From an uncultured Candidatus Peribacteria bacterium (GTDB lineage: Bacteria; Patescibacteriota; Gracilibacteria; Peribacterales; Peribacteraceae), in assembly GCA_964580035.1 (NCBI GenBank), contig CAZOJC010000005.1:9198-73197 (forward strand): a stretch of DNA of 64,000 bases, read 5' to 3'. The position numbers and the translations under genes are program-made. Shown piece by piece: positions 12,684 through 22,962 of this stretch (positions within the stretch are counted from its first letter, which is position 1; each line of letters starts with the position of its first letter). The notes beneath the pieces are model-generated. The model had not been told where the DNA came from and ran no database searches. It was given only the letters and a program-made list of their open reading frames with translations.

Positions 12684-12710
12684 CTCCGAGACGCTCTCTC
12701 GGAGTTTTCT
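12684..12710 (+). terminator. Intrinsic-terminator-like hairpin about 130 nt after ligA
   Basis: Perfect 8-bp stem CTCCGAGA / TCTCGGAG (12684-12691 and 12697-12704), 5-nt loop, then TTTTCT. It ends 3 nt before the ATG at 12714. Confidence 0.45.
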
Positions 12711-12713
12711 GCT

Positions 12714-13631
12714 ATGCGTCATTCACTCTATCCAAACATCTTGGCTGAGGCATACGACTCTCTCAATCGAGGGTCAGCACTCTTTTTTCTGGGCGAGCCT
12801 TCTGAACAAGATCAACAGTTCTGTCGTCTACAAGACATAAAACTGCACTACGGAGCAGGTCAAGAGCTCGCAGGTATTCGTACGAAAATCGACAGAGTGT
12901 TCGTGCCTTGTAAGAAACTCGGTAATTTGCCGCGGGTAGTCTCCAGAGAGAGCATGAGCATGCTCGAAACTTGCAAGATCAACATTGGCAACATCGAAGT
13001 GTGCATCACCGAGGAGATCAGAGATATGTTCTTACAATCACGAAAGATATTGGATACACATGAGAATGTCGCCACCGTTATTATCGCACATTCTATCCGA
13101 CAGGAAATTGAGACGCTCATTGGCAGCGGTATTCTCTGTTTTAGGGAGCGTGACGTACGTCTCATGCCTATCACACGATATCTTGTGCCAATCTACGCCG
13201 CAGCGTGTAGAGCGAACGGATTTCGAGCGCGTAGCCAGCAAGAAGAGGCAATCATGAGAAATAACGCACTTCTACTGACTGCAGGACGATCAATACTCGG
13301 CGGATGCACAACGATTCCCAACCGCAACACACTCGAAATTTGTCGTGTGTGGGCAAATCCCAGCAAACATGGCCTTGGAACGGTCTTAATTGAAACGTTG
13401 TTGAAGAATACAGCGATGAATCAGTATTCATTCATCTTCGCCGTCACACCCAAAGACACGCCAGAGAAAAGCCGCATGTATCCAGCGCCTTTTCAGTCGA
13501 TTTCTCTGAGAGAATTGCAGCAGCAAGCTCAAAGTGCTATGGATCATGTTCACTGGCCGCAGCACCTGCTCAGCTACCCTCTCACATCCGGAGACGATCG
13601 CACTATTTTCTACATCTCCAGAATCATTTGA
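12714..13631 (+). CDS. Hypothetical protein (C-terminal part faintly GNAT-like)
   Basis: 305-aa ORF. RVWANPSKHGLGTVLIETLLKN loosely resembles GNAT motif A. No firm family. Confidence 0.45.
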   Translation: MRHSLYPNILAEAYDSLNRGSALFFLGEPSEQDQQFCRLQDIKLHYGAGQELAGIRTKIDRVFVPCKKLGNLPRVVSRESMSMLETCKINIGNIEVCITEEIRDMFLQSRKILDTHENVATVIIAHSIRQEIETLIGSGILCFRERDVRLMPITRYLVPIYAAACRANGFRARSQQEEAIMRNNALLLTAGRSILGGCTTIPNRNTLEICRVWANPSKHGLGTVLIETLLKNTAMNQYSFIFAVTPKDTPEKSRMYPAPFQSISLRELQQQAQSAMDHVHWPQHLLSYPLTSGDDRTIFYISRII

Positions 13632-14245
13632 CCCTTGGGAAAGCGCACTTTCTTGAGTGCTGCATACCCATCATCTGCTGAGCGGTAGCCAATCGGACAG
13701 AGCACAACAGAGGCGAGATTTTTCTCTCCCAGGCCAAGAATTTCATCCACTTTTGCCGGATCAAATCCTTCCATGGGGGTAGCGTCAATGTGCGCTTCGG
13801 CACAAGAAGCCAAGAGTATTCCAAGGGCAATGTATACCTGCCTCTTCATCCATTCAGCCTTCGCTTCTGGCGAGTGAGAAGCGATAAAACCGGTCATCAT
13901 GGATTCATATTCTTCGAGTTGCGCTCGTGGCATTGCCCTCTCCGAAGCGATGAAATCGACAAACGCCTTTACGTACGCCGCGTCGATAGTCCGGCGGGCG
14001 CAGAGGACGATGAGATGAGATGCGTCGGTAACTTGCGACTGCCCCCACGCCACTTCTCGGATGCGTGCCCTCAGAGCAGGGTTCTTCACGACAATGAATG
14101 TCCACGGTTGTAGCCCAAACGACGAGGGCGACAGTCGGAGGGCTTCAAGTTGGCTATCGAGCTCTTGCTCGGAGATCGCCTTGGAAGGATCAAATGCTTT
14201 GGTGGCATAGCGCCAGAGGAGAGAGTCGGTAAATGAAGGAGTCAT
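13610..14245 (-). CDS. Nitroreductase-family NAD(P)H oxidoreductase
   Basis: Start at MTPSFTDSLLWRYATKAFDPSK; LSPSSFGLQPWTFIVV; C-terminal CPIGYRS. Typical nitroreductase pattern. Confidence 0.8.
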   Translation of the reverse strand: MTPSFTDSLLWRYATKAFDPSKAISEQELDSQLEALRLSPSSFGLQPWTFIVVKNPALRARIREVAWGQSQVTDASHLIVLCARRTIDAAYVKAFVDFIASERAMPRAQLEEYESMMTGFIASHSPEAKAEWMKRQVYIALGILLASCAEAHIDATPMEGFDPAKVDEILGLGEKNLASVVLCPIGYRSADDGYAALKKVRFPKGQMILEM

Positions 14246-14333
14246 AGTGTGTGTGAGAACATCGAAATAAAATTCAGAACAGTACGAGCATAGCGCATGA
14301 CGCGGTTCATGCAATGCTTTGCCCCACTTTCTT

Positions 14334-15161
14334 TCATCCAAATTCCCCCCGTACGTACGTTTGCGTCAGCTTCTCTCTCGGACTATCAAAAATCGCTTTC
14401 GTCGTTCCATATTCAATGAGCTTGCCAAGATGGAAGAAGCCGACGTGATCTGAAATGCGGCGCGCTTGGTGCATATTGTGAGTGACAATGATGATTGTAA
14501 AATTATCTTTCAGTTGCAGTAGCAAATCCTCGATTTTATGAGTGGAGAGCGGATCGAGGTCCGAGCAGGGCTCATCGAGCAGCAAGACCGATGGCCGTAT
14601 GGCGATGGCCCGCGCGATGCACAGACGCTGTTGTTGGCCGCCTGAAAGCCTGAATGCAGACTGATGGAGGCGATCGTGCACTTCGTCCCAGAGCGCCGCT
14701 TCTTTGAGACTGCGAACGATGATCTGATCTACGGGATCGGCACTTCGTTCCATCTCGGCTCCAGTCGGTTTTCGTGCGAAGAAACGGCCAAACCCTCGGC
14801 GAGAACGACGATATTTTCCCTGAATCTCAAGGCCGTAAGCGATGTTATCGGCTATCGAAGAGGGAAAGGGGGTGGGGTTTTGAAATACCATGCCGACAGA
14901 TCGTCGAAGTGAAATGACATCGGTGTCAGGTGCGAGAATATTCTTCCCTTCAAACAAGAGTTCCCCCTCCACTTTCACGGACGGTACGGCATCGAGCATG
15001 CGGTTGATGGATCGAAGGAATGTTGATTTGCCGCTACCGGAAGCACCTATGAGCGAGGTGATTTGGCGCGAAGGAATATCCATCGTGAGATGTTCAAGGG
15101 CAGAGAGGCCATTGTAATGGACAGAGAGAGAGCGTGCGGAGAGAGAAATCGAAGATTTCAT
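14334..15161 (-). CDS. pstB: Phosphate ABC transporter ATP-binding protein
   Basis: Walker A GASGSGKST, signature LSGGQQQRL, Walker B LLLDEP, and AALWDEV typical of PstB. Confidence 0.95.
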   Translation of the reverse strand: MKSSISLSARSLSVHYNGLSALEHLTMDIPSRQITSLIGASGSGKSTFLRSINRMLDAVPSVKVEGELLFEGKNILAPDTDVISLRRSVGMVFQNPTPFPSSIADNIAYGLEIQGKYRRSRRGFGRFFARKPTGAEMERSADPVDQIIVRSLKEAALWDEVHDRLHQSAFRLSGGQQQRLCIARAIAIRPSVLLLDEPCSDLDPLSTHKIEDLLLQLKDNFTIIIVTHNMHQARRISDHVGFFHLGKLIEYGTTKAIFDSPREKLTQTYVRGEFG

Positions 15162-15189
15162 AACGAAAGAGAAGAAGTGGAGAGGTGTG

Positions 15190-16047
15190 TTACCAGTCTT
15201 TCTGAACGCGGAAGCGGTATCGGATCATAATGGCGCCGAGGCTCAAGAGGAACGTGAGCACGATGAGGGTGAGAGCGGTGCCTGCGGCAAAAGCAGGAGC
15301 GGCAGGACTGGCATGCTGAGTGGCGAGGATGAACGTGTGGTACGGTAGTGCCATGAATGGAGACAGAAGCCCCGGACTGAATGACGAGAGGTAGAATGCA
15401 GCTCCTACAAGGATGATAGGCGCAGTCTCGCCCAGCGCGCGCGCAACGCCGAGGATGCCTCCGGTGATGCACCCAGGCAGCGCGGAGGGAAGAACGATCC
15501 GCCACACCGTTTGGCCAGGCGTGGCCCCAAGTGCAAGGCTCGACTCGCGAAATGCAACGGGGACCGTTTCCAGTGCCTCCACTGAAGCGCTGATGATCCA
15601 CGGAAGCGTCATGATCGAGAGTGTGAGAACGGCAGAGAGGAGGGTGCTTCCTAGATGAAGCGCCTGAGCAAAGACGGCAAGCCCGAAGAGGCCGTACACA
15701 ACAGAGGGAACACCTGCAAGATTGCGAATGGCAAGCTGGATGATCCTCTGCCATCCACTGTGGGAACTGTACTCAGTGAGAAATACGGCCGTTGCCACCC
15801 CCAGAGGGAAACTGACAATCATCACTCCTATCCCGATCATGACAGTGCCGATGATGGGGGCGAGTATGCCTCCTTGCGTAATAGCATTCTGTTGCCAGAG
15901 AGAAGTGAGGAAATGGAGAGAGAGAACAGGCGCACCGGAGTACGCAACGAGTGTCAGAATAGTGAGGAGGAGCGTAATGGCGAGCAAAGCGCACAAGCGA
16001 CACAGAAATAAGAGTATCACTTCCGATACTGGTACTGTTGCCTTCAT
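15190..16047 (-). CDS. pstA: Phosphate ABC transporter permease PstA
   Basis: Start at MKATVPVSEV (ATGA overlap with the pstC stop). EAA-type loop ESSLALGATPGQTVWRIVLPSALPG. Confidence 0.9.
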   Translation of the reverse strand: MKATVPVSEVILLFLCRLCALLAITLLLTILTLVAYSGAPVLSLHFLTSLWQQNAITQGGILAPIIGTVMIGIGVMIVSFPLGVATAVFLTEYSSHSGWQRIIQLAIRNLAGVPSVVYGLFGLAVFAQALHLGSTLLSAVLTLSIMTLPWIISASVEALETVPVAFRESSLALGATPGQTVWRIVLPSALPGCITGGILGVARALGETAPIILVGAAFYLSSFSPGLLSPFMALPYHTFILATQHASPAAPAFAAGTALTLIVLTFLLSLGAIMIRYRFRVQKDW

Positions 16048-16961
16048 AAACGTGCTCGATGAATGAAGAGGTCGGCTATAAAATTGACAGCAAAGGTGAT
16101 GAGAAAGAGGACCAATCCAATGGCAAAGAGCGCATGCCAGTGAGTGCTCCCCACAATAGTTTCTTTGATTTCTATCGCTATCGCAGAGGTCATAGGACGG
16201 GATGGATCGAGGAGTGATCGAGGCATGGCGAGGCTGTTTCCTGCCACCATCAACACAATCATCGTCTCTCCGATGATGCGACCAAGCCCCAGCATGATGG
16301 CGGCAGCGATGCCCGAACGAGCTGCGGGGATGACGATGCGGCTGATGGTCGTCCACTGACTGGCGCCCAGAGCAAAACTTGCCTCACGGTACCGCTCAGG
16401 CACATTAGAGAGTGCATCCTCGCAAATGCTGGCAACTGTCGGCAACGCGCAGAGTGCGACGAGCAGTGATGCCGTCAGCGAGTGAAGTCCGCTTGTCTGC
16501 CCCGTGAGTCGTGCCATTGTAGGAGCGAGGAACAGGAGTCCTGCAAGCCCCAAAACAATAGAAGGGATGCCCGCAATCATTTCGATCATTGGCTTGATGA
16601 TTTCCCGCACGCGGCGGGAAGCGATCTCAGAAAGGTAGATGGCAATGCCGAGGCCGAGGGGAACAGAGAGGATGAGCGCACATGATGTGACCATAAGCGT
16701 CCCTGCAAACAGTGGCAGAATGCCCCACTGAGGGTCTCCGTAGGCACTGGGATTCCAGTGTGTCCCTAAGAGGAAGTCTGCGAGAGGAACATCGCGTAAC
16801 ACGGCGAATGCCGTAATCGTCAAAAAAGCAAAAATGCCGATGAGCAGAACTACCGTCAGAGAGGCGACGATAGCGAGCAATCGCGCCATCAGTCTCTCAT
16901 GCCATTCTATGCCGCTACCTGAAACAGCGAGTGAATATCTCGCTCGCGATGAACGAGTCAT
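16044..16961 (-). CDS. pstC: Phosphate ABC transporter permease PstC
   Basis: YREASFALGASQWTTISRIVIPAARSG loop; 6 predicted TM helices; operon position. Confidence 0.9.
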   Translation of the reverse strand: MTRSSRARYSLAVSGSGIEWHERLMARLLAIVASLTVVLLIGIFAFLTITAFAVLRDVPLADFLLGTHWNPSAYGDPQWGILPLFAGTLMVTSCALILSVPLGLGIAIYLSEIASRRVREIIKPMIEMIAGIPSIVLGLAGLLFLAPTMARLTGQTSGLHSLTASLLVALCALPTVASICEDALSNVPERYREASFALGASQWTTISRIVIPAARSGIAAAIMLGLGRIIGETMIVLMVAGNSLAMPRSLLDPSRPMTSAIAIEIKETIVGSTHWHALFAIGLVLFLITFAVNFIADLFIHRARL

Positions 16962-17863
16962 TACTGAAACATCGAGAAGAATGTATCGTTGAGGGATTGA
17001 TCTTGCGCCGACACGCGGTAGAACCCCGTTCGCTCAACGATCGTTTGCCCCTCTTCAGAGGCTTCAAAGCGCAGGAACCGTGCGACGGAGGAGTCGTTGT
17101 CTGGCACGCGAGAAAGGTACTGATAGATGAGGCGTGCGATGGGGTACTTTCCAGATTTCACCTGCGCCACATCGAGCGGGGAGACAACTCCGTCTTTCGT
17201 GTTAATGGGCACGATTTTTATGCCCTCGCGAGGAGATCCATCATCATTTTTTACGTATCCCACGCCAGCGTACCCTATCCCGTTCACATCAGTGGTAATG
17301 GCATCGATGATAGCTTGCGTACTCTCCATGTTTCGCATCGTGGGAGCGTACTCTCCCTTCACAACGGCAGACCGGAAGAATGAGAACGTGCCAGAGGTAC
17401 TCTGCCTGCCATAGAGCGAAACGGGCGCATCGGGGCCGCCTACTTCTTTCCAATTCTTCACCGTGCCGTCAAAGAGCTTGCCTGCCTGCTCAAGCGTGAG
17501 CGATCTGATGGGGTTATCAGGATGCACGACGAGCGAGAGGGCATCTCTGGCAAGAATGAATTCGCCGATTGTCATGCCTTTTGCTTGAGCTTGCTTACGT
17601 TCCTCAGGAGACATCGGGCGGGAAGAATTGGCGATGTCGATTTCTCCATTCAAAAGAGAAGCGATGCCAGTGGCACTGCCGCCTCCAGCGACAGAGATGT
17701 TAGTTGTTTCGGACGATTGCTGAGAGAAGGCTTCGGCGAGTGCGGATACCAATTGCACTTCCGTATCCGATCCCTTCACTGTCAGGGTATCTCCTCCGCT
17801 TCCGCTGCCAGCGCAGCTTACGAGTGAGATGGCGCAGAATGCGAGAGCGAGACTATATTTCAT
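16961..17863 (-). CDS. pstS: Phosphate-binding lipoprotein PstS
   Basis: Lipobox LVSCAGS; LTVKGSDTEVQL, GGGSATG and NSSRPM are PstS/PBP-type motifs. Confidence 0.9.
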   Translation of the reverse strand: MKYSLALAFCAISLVSCAGSGSGGDTLTVKGSDTEVQLVSALAEAFSQQSSETTNISVAGGGSATGIASLLNGEIDIANSSRPMSPEERKQAQAKGMTIGEFILARDALSLVVHPDNPIRSLTLEQAGKLFDGTVKNWKEVGGPDAPVSLYGRQSTSGTFSFFRSAVVKGEYAPTMRNMESTQAIIDAITTDVNGIGYAGVGYVKNDDGSPREGIKIVPINTKDGVVSPLDVAQVKSGKYPIARLIYQYLSRVPDNDSSVARFLRFEASEEGQTIVERTGFYRVSAQDQSLNDTFFSMFQ

Positions 17864-17957
17864 ACGAAAAAGGGGGGGAAGCTATACCACCGATTCTACC
17901 AGAGAGCACTGTGCGTACAAAAGATCGCTGCACACAATTTTTTTTAAAGATTCCTTT

Positions 17958-18770
17958 TCAGTGCCGTCTCCCGCGCGAGGAGAGTGCGCAAGCCACAAAG
18001 ATGACGATTGCCACGAGTACGATTGACCCGCCGCTGGCTGATCCAAAAGAGAACGAGATGAAGAGACCGACAATGACAGAGCTAAGCGAGAAGACAATTG
18101 CGTGGAGGAGCGTCGAAAGAAAGCTACGACGGCGCTGCATCGCAGCAAGAACTGGAATAACCATGAGTGCGCCAATGAGCAGCACACCAACGATGTTCAT
18201 GGCAAGAGAGACAATGATTGCGGTGAGGATGACGAGCGTCATATTCAGCCTGCGCACTGGTAGTCCGCTCACTATCGCTAGCTCTTCATCGAGTGAGGTG
18301 CAGAACAACTGTCGATAGTGCACAACAACCGCTGCGACGATAAGGCACGAGAGTATGCCGATCACCAACGTATCGGTGTGCGTGACGGTGGTGATGCTGC
18401 CAAAGAGGACGCCTGAGATAGCACCGCCCTGACTTCTCCCTAGGCTCATCAGTACCGATGCGAGAGCCAATCCTCCTGAGAGGAACAGTGAGAGCCCCAC
18501 CTCACCTTTCGCTGTGCCACGGCTGCGCATGTGCTCCACAACAATCGCCGTGATCGTCGAGCAACCGAGAGCGGCGAGCAGAGGATTCATGCCGATGAGG
18601 AGCGCACCTGCCACGCCAGCAAGCGACACATGGGCGAGGGTATCGGCCATGAACGAATACCGTCTTGTGACGAGAAAGATGCCCACCATGGGAGCGATGA
18701 TGCCTATGCACATGCCAGCGAGCAGAGCCCGCACCATGAAGCCGTAGTGGAAGAAATCAAGCATGACCAT
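17958..18770 (-). CDS. Metal (Zn/Mn) ABC transporter permease, ABC-3 family
   Basis: Start near MVMLDFFHYGFMVRALLAG. Polytopic. Lies in an operon with a ZnuC-like ATPase and a ZnuA-like binding protein. Confidence 0.85.
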   Translation of the reverse strand: MVMLDFFHYGFMVRALLAGMCIGIIAPMVGIFLVTRRYSFMADTLAHVSLAGVAGALLIGMNPLLAALGCSTITAIVVEHMRSRGTAKGEVGLSLFLSGGLALASVLMSLGRSQGGAISGVLFGSITTVTHTDTLVIGILSCLIVAAVVVHYRQLFCTSLDEELAIVSGLPVRRLNMTLVILTAIIVSLAMNIVGVLLIGALMVIPVLAAMQRRRSFLSTLLHAIVFSLSSVIVGLFISFSFGSASGGSIVLVAIVIFVACALSSRGRRH

Positions 18771-19521
18771 GATGCCGGAGGGGTGTGAGTCGAGGTCCGT
18801 AGAGAGCGGAAAGCGTCTCAGGATCAGTACACTGGCGAGGACCACAGTGTGCTACGAGCTGGTGATTGAGGCACAGCACAGCATCCACCTCCCTTGCTAT
18901 GGCATCTATATCGTGAGAGACGAGGAGGATCGTCATGCTGTGACGCTTGTTTAAGTGTTCGAGCAGGTCATAGAAACTTTCCATTGCGTGGATATCCACC
19001 CCCGTCGTGGGTTCGTCGAGAATGAGCAGCGACGGCTCCGCTGCCAGAGCCCTTGCAATGAAGACGCGTTGTCGCTGACCTCCCGAGAGCGCGTCTATTG
19101 TCTTGTCCTTGAGCATTCTGATGTCTGCGTCCACCATGGCCTGTTGCACCGCACACTCATCACACTCACTGTAGTGGAGCCCAGAACCGGCTTTGGCGAT
19201 CCGTCCGCTGCGTACCACTTCATACACCGTCGCGGGGCACCCTGCATCCGATTGAACAATGCGTTGTGGAACGTACCCAATGCCTCCCTCTTTTCTGGCA
19301 TCCCTCGGATGCTTGCCAAAAATCTCAATAGTCCCTTGCTGCGGCAAGAGCAGTCCCAGCATTAGTTTGACGAGCGTTGTTTTACCCCCGCCGTTTGGCC
19401 CTATGATTCCCGTGTACGAGCCCTGAGCGAGCGAAAAAGAGACGTTATCCAATGCTTTTTCAGCGTCATACTGAAATGTGACCGATGCTACGTCTATGAC
19501 GGGCCTTGTAACTAGCGACAT
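18757..19521 (-). CDS. Metal ABC transporter ATP-binding protein (ZnuC-like)
   Basis: Walker A GPNGGGKTT, signature LSGGQRQRV, Walker B LILDEP. Confidence 0.9.
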   Translation of the reverse strand: MSLVTRPVIDVASVTFQYDAEKALDNVSFSLAQGSYTGIIGPNGGGKTTLVKLMLGLLLPQQGTIEIFGKHPRDARKEGGIGYVPQRIVQSDAGCPATVYEVVRSGRIAKAGSGLHYSECDECAVQQAMVDADIRMLKDKTIDALSGGQRQRVFIARALAAEPSLLILDEPTTGVDIHAMESFYDLLEHLNKRHSMTILLVSHDIDAIAREVDAVLCLNHQLVAHCGPRQCTDPETLSALYGPRLTPLRHHGHA

Positions 19522-20438
19522 TCAAGTGCGGTGCGGAAGGAAGCCAGATTATCGCGCATGATCGAAAAGTATGTTTTTCCGGCGGCCACTTCCTCTTGCG
19601 TGAGCCATTCGACAGGATGCAGTGGGAGGAGAGAGGCGCCGAGATCAGATGCGAGTGCACGCACACGATCCGTGCCAGCTCCCGCTTCGCTAAGAATGTA
19701 GCCGATACGTTGCTCCCGTGCGAGGTCAGAAATCTCCCGTAGCCGACGAGCAGATGGCTCTTCTTCAGTCGAAAATCCGGCAATGGAAACGGTCTTAAAG
19801 CCGTATTCTGCCGCCAGCAAGCGATACGCATCGTGCGAGACGATCACGGTATTCTTTGCGCATTGCGAGAGGCCTGTGCGGTACGCTTCATCGAGCTCGG
19901 CTATCGAGAGGGTGAAGCCAAGTAAGCTCTTTGTATAGTCAGTGGCATGGGGAGGATCGATGGCGATGAGCTGCGCAAATAAAGCCTCTGCTATCTTCTT
20001 AGCATTCTTTGGGCTCAGCCATAGATGAGGGTCATTCACCACATCCTTATCCGCGATGCCGCTATTCACCCCGCCCTGCCCAAAGATCACTTCCGCAGCG
20101 CTCACCGTACGCTTGCCGTCTCTCTCTCGCTCGGTGCGGATATCTGTCGCCCAAGGATCGATGCCGAAGCCATTCATGATGAAGAGATCAGCATCGGCAA
20201 TGGCGGCGATGTGCTTGGCTGTTGGCTCGTAGTCATGAGGCTCGGCCCCTGAGGGAATCGTCTGTGACACTGCCACATGCGCTCCACCCACATGCTGCGC
20301 GAAGGATGCAAGGGGGAAGATCGTGGCTGCGATGCGCACGGAAGGAGCGGCCGTTTTCACGGGTGTTTCGCGAGGCACAGCAGATGCGCATGCGCTGAGC
20401 ATGAACACGAGCAGGAAACTGTAAGCAATGGAGCGCAT
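19512..20438 (-). CDS. Metal ABC transporter substrate-binding lipoprotein (ZnuA/TroA family)
   Basis: Start at MRSIAYSFLLVFMLSACASA (lipobox). GAEPHDYEP, DPHLWLSP and VSHDAY motifs. Confidence 0.85.
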   Translation of the reverse strand: MRSIAYSFLLVFMLSACASAVPRETPVKTAAPSVRIAATIFPLASFAQHVGGAHVAVSQTIPSGAEPHDYEPTAKHIAAIADADLFIMNGFGIDPWATDIRTERERDGKRTVSAAEVIFGQGGVNSGIADKDVVNDPHLWLSPKNAKKIAEALFAQLIAIDPPHATDYTKSLLGFTLSIAELDEAYRTGLSQCAKNTVIVSHDAYRLLAAEYGFKTVSIAGFSTEEEPSARRLREISDLAREQRIGYILSEAGAGTDRVRALASDLGASLLPLHPVEWLTQEEVAAGKTYFSIMRDNLASFRTALECR

Positions 20439-20526
20439 AGCAATAGAAGAGTAGCGCTCGCAGGGCGAAATGCAAATGGGGAGTAAATGTGAGAATACAT
20501 TCCTAGGCACCCGAGCTAATGATGAC

Positions 20527-22935
20527 TTAAAAGTCCTTAGGAGCCTCAACTTTGACACTGCCATTATTGTCCACTGTTACAATTTTTCCAGATTGGAGAA
20601 TAAAGCAATACAGTGCGGAATTTGAATATTCAAAGAGAATTGCCGGGAGAGAAATTTCAGCTTTTCCAATTTCCTGCACTGCTGAATCAATTTTATTTCC
20701 TAAATTATACTTCGCCTGCAGAGCTTTCAAAGAAATATTGCGCCAAGAGATTGTTGTGTAGCTTGATGGAGGCTGTACATTAACAGTTTCTCCGTTCTTG
20801 AATGTCACTTTCAAATTATTGTTCTCAATGTCTATGGAGGAGCATATTGCGTCGATCTGAGACGGCATGCGAGTTATCAATTTATTACCTCGAGCTTCCG
20901 ATGCACTAGAAAGGGGCTTCATTTCGTTGAGATCATGTCCAAAGCAATATGTGTGATCTCCATTATTTTTCTCTATGTCAATTCTAATATCGCCGGTCTC
21001 CAATACACTTACGACTACACACTTGACATCATTCTGTCTCTGAATAATTTTTTGTAAATCTCTGAAGAATAAGCCTAGAAAAAATGTATTTGTATTGTTA
21101 ATTTCTAAGAATTTAAGCACTGCATGATGGATATCATAGAAGACACCATCCCTCTCTTTTGCTTCGTATTTATCAGGCAAAGAATTCATCAACGCGTATC
21201 GCGCTTTTAGTGCATCCTTTGGCAGGATATACGAATTTAGCGTATCTCGTTCAGACGAATCAAGTAGAATTTTTTTGTTGGCATCATCTTTCTTGTGTTC
21301 AAAAACAACGCATTTGAACAGCAAGAAAGTGATACTATCATTAGCATTATCTCGATCTTTTGGATTCATTGTATGATAAAATGCAGTTTGATCTAAGCAT
21401 TCATACGCATCGCGTTGAAGAGTTGAGAATTGATTTTTGAGATTCGAAAGTATGTCTTGTTCCCCTGGTGCTTTGAGATTTTTACCATTCGATTCTATCA
21501 ACTGATCAATGAAATCAAGCACTGCTGGCGGCATATTTGTATCATTCTTGACAGATAACATAGCAGTTCTTGCTTTCATCCAATCTTGATTAGCGATATA
21601 TCCTAAAATAGGAGTGATCTTTTCTTTTTGACTTGAGAATGCTTCCATTTCGTCCTTGAGGACTCCATTATAACTTGTGCCTACCATCGCTTTTCTACTG
21701 AAATAAATGAGGTCTCCAGATTCTGCATTAATTTTATAAGAAATATAGTCACTTTTTACGGTGTATACGCTATGAGGAGGCACATCGTTGTAATTAGTCG
21801 CCTGCCATGTATAGTTGCCATTATTATCTTTTTTCACTTCTATCAGATTTGGAGGCACATTCTTGCTTGTGCGTACCTGGGATATGTACTTTTTAGTAGT
21901 ATTGTCAGAGACAACAAAAATCGGATTTATACCTACAGGTTCCTCTGTATCTTGACTCACTTCGTTTCCGTTACGATCCAAGATCTGAAGCAGCGTACCT
22001 TCTTTGTCAATTAGCACATCGCCTGATTGAATGACACGAATATCCGTATTTAGAATTTTAATCTCTTTCTGGATAGTATTCACTTGTTTCTCGTATTTAT
22101 TTAGATCTGCTTCTAGAGATCGCCTAGCCGCATGGTTTGCAGGCAGTGATTGAAGCAGATTTTTAGCAAGTTGTACGGCTTGACTATAGTTACCTGTGTA
22201 AACGGCATCAGAAATTGGTTTAACATCTTTAGCCATACGAGATACCTCGAGAATATCCTTATTAACATTATCCTTTTCTTCTTGCGAAAGATTCCAAGAA
22301 GTGCCAAGCACAGACTGACTGACGAGTTCTCCTTCTGGAACCAATATTTCTGAATGCACGCGACCAGTCTGAATATCTATCGTATGTATTGGATTCCGAT
22401 TCGGTACCGATTGAGGATATTTGTTCCAAGCAATGTCGTTCTCGTGTTTAACGAATTCCCTCCATGTACCCATCGAATCCTTTCCGAATCGATACATTTG
22501 CTTATCCTTGTCTGTGAAAGGGAGATAGTGGAGATGTGTCTCTAGATCTATCGGCATCTCATTACCTTCATTGTCATACACCTTCTCTCCAATCACATTG
22601 ACTACCTCTCTATACATATAAATTTCGTCGTCTAATCGAGTAATGGAATCACCTTTTATCAGGTAAGCATCCCTGCCTTTTGCCAGATCCCCCCAGACGT
22701 TATAGTATTTTTTTGTATTATTTATTTGTGTTTTTGGAGAGCGATAGAGCACTTTAGCTTCAAATTTCATGAATTGCCTGCCTGAATCAGCTGTAATGAT
22801 CGCCTTTTCCTGAGCAACTGAGAGCGTGCTTTTGATGGAATTAAAATCATTCTGTAACTCGTTTATTTTTCTGAGAAGTTCAGCGTCGATTTTGAATTTT
22901 TCAAAATTCATGGAAAATTTTTTGTCGGTAGACAT
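20527..22935 (-). CDS. Hypothetical 802-aa protein; no signal peptide, TM helix or catalytic motif recognised
   Basis: Long uninterrupted AT-rich ORF. Last gene of a four-gene same-strand set with short gaps. Confidence 0.7.
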   Translation of the reverse strand: MSTDKKFSMNFEKFKIDAELLRKINELQNDFNSIKSTLSVAQEKAIITADSGRQFMKFEAKVLYRSPKTQINNTKKYYNVWGDLAKGRDAYLIKGDSITRLDDEIYMYREVVNVIGEKVYDNEGNEMPIDLETHLHYLPFTDKDKQMYRFGKDSMGTWREFVKHENDIAWNKYPQSVPNRNPIHTIDIQTGRVHSEILVPEGELVSQSVLGTSWNLSQEEKDNVNKDILEVSRMAKDVKPISDAVYTGNYSQAVQLAKNLLQSLPANHAARRSLEADLNKYEKQVNTIQKEIKILNTDIRVIQSGDVLIDKEGTLLQILDRNGNEVSQDTEEPVGINPIFVVSDNTTKKYISQVRTSKNVPPNLIEVKKDNNGNYTWQATNYNDVPPHSVYTVKSDYISYKINAESGDLIYFSRKAMVGTSYNGVLKDEMEAFSSQKEKITPILGYIANQDWMKARTAMLSVKNDTNMPPAVLDFIDQLIESNGKNLKAPGEQDILSNLKNQFSTLQRDAYECLDQTAFYHTMNPKDRDNANDSITFLLFKCVVFEHKKDDANKKILLDSSERDTLNSYILPKDALKARYALMNSLPDKYEAKERDGVFYDIHHAVLKFLEINNTNTFFLGLFFRDLQKIIQRQNDVKCVVVSVLETGDIRIDIEKNNGDHTYCFGHDLNEMKPLSSASEARGNKLITRMPSQIDAICSSIDIENNNLKVTFKNGETVNVQPPSSYTTISWRNISLKALQAKYNLGNKIDSAVQEIGKAEISLPAILFEYSNSALYCFILQSGKIVTVDNNGSVKVEAPKDF

Positions 22936-22962
22936 AGGTACTGCTACAGGACCCCCATCAGC

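Noticed and set aside
15158-15754. 198-aa ORF, and the N-terminal 103 aa of ORF 15190-16356, rich in His/Arg/Cys
   Set aside because: These are out-of-frame or upstream read-through over pstA and pstC. The pstA start at 16047 gives an ATGA overlap with pstC and a normal permease N-terminus.
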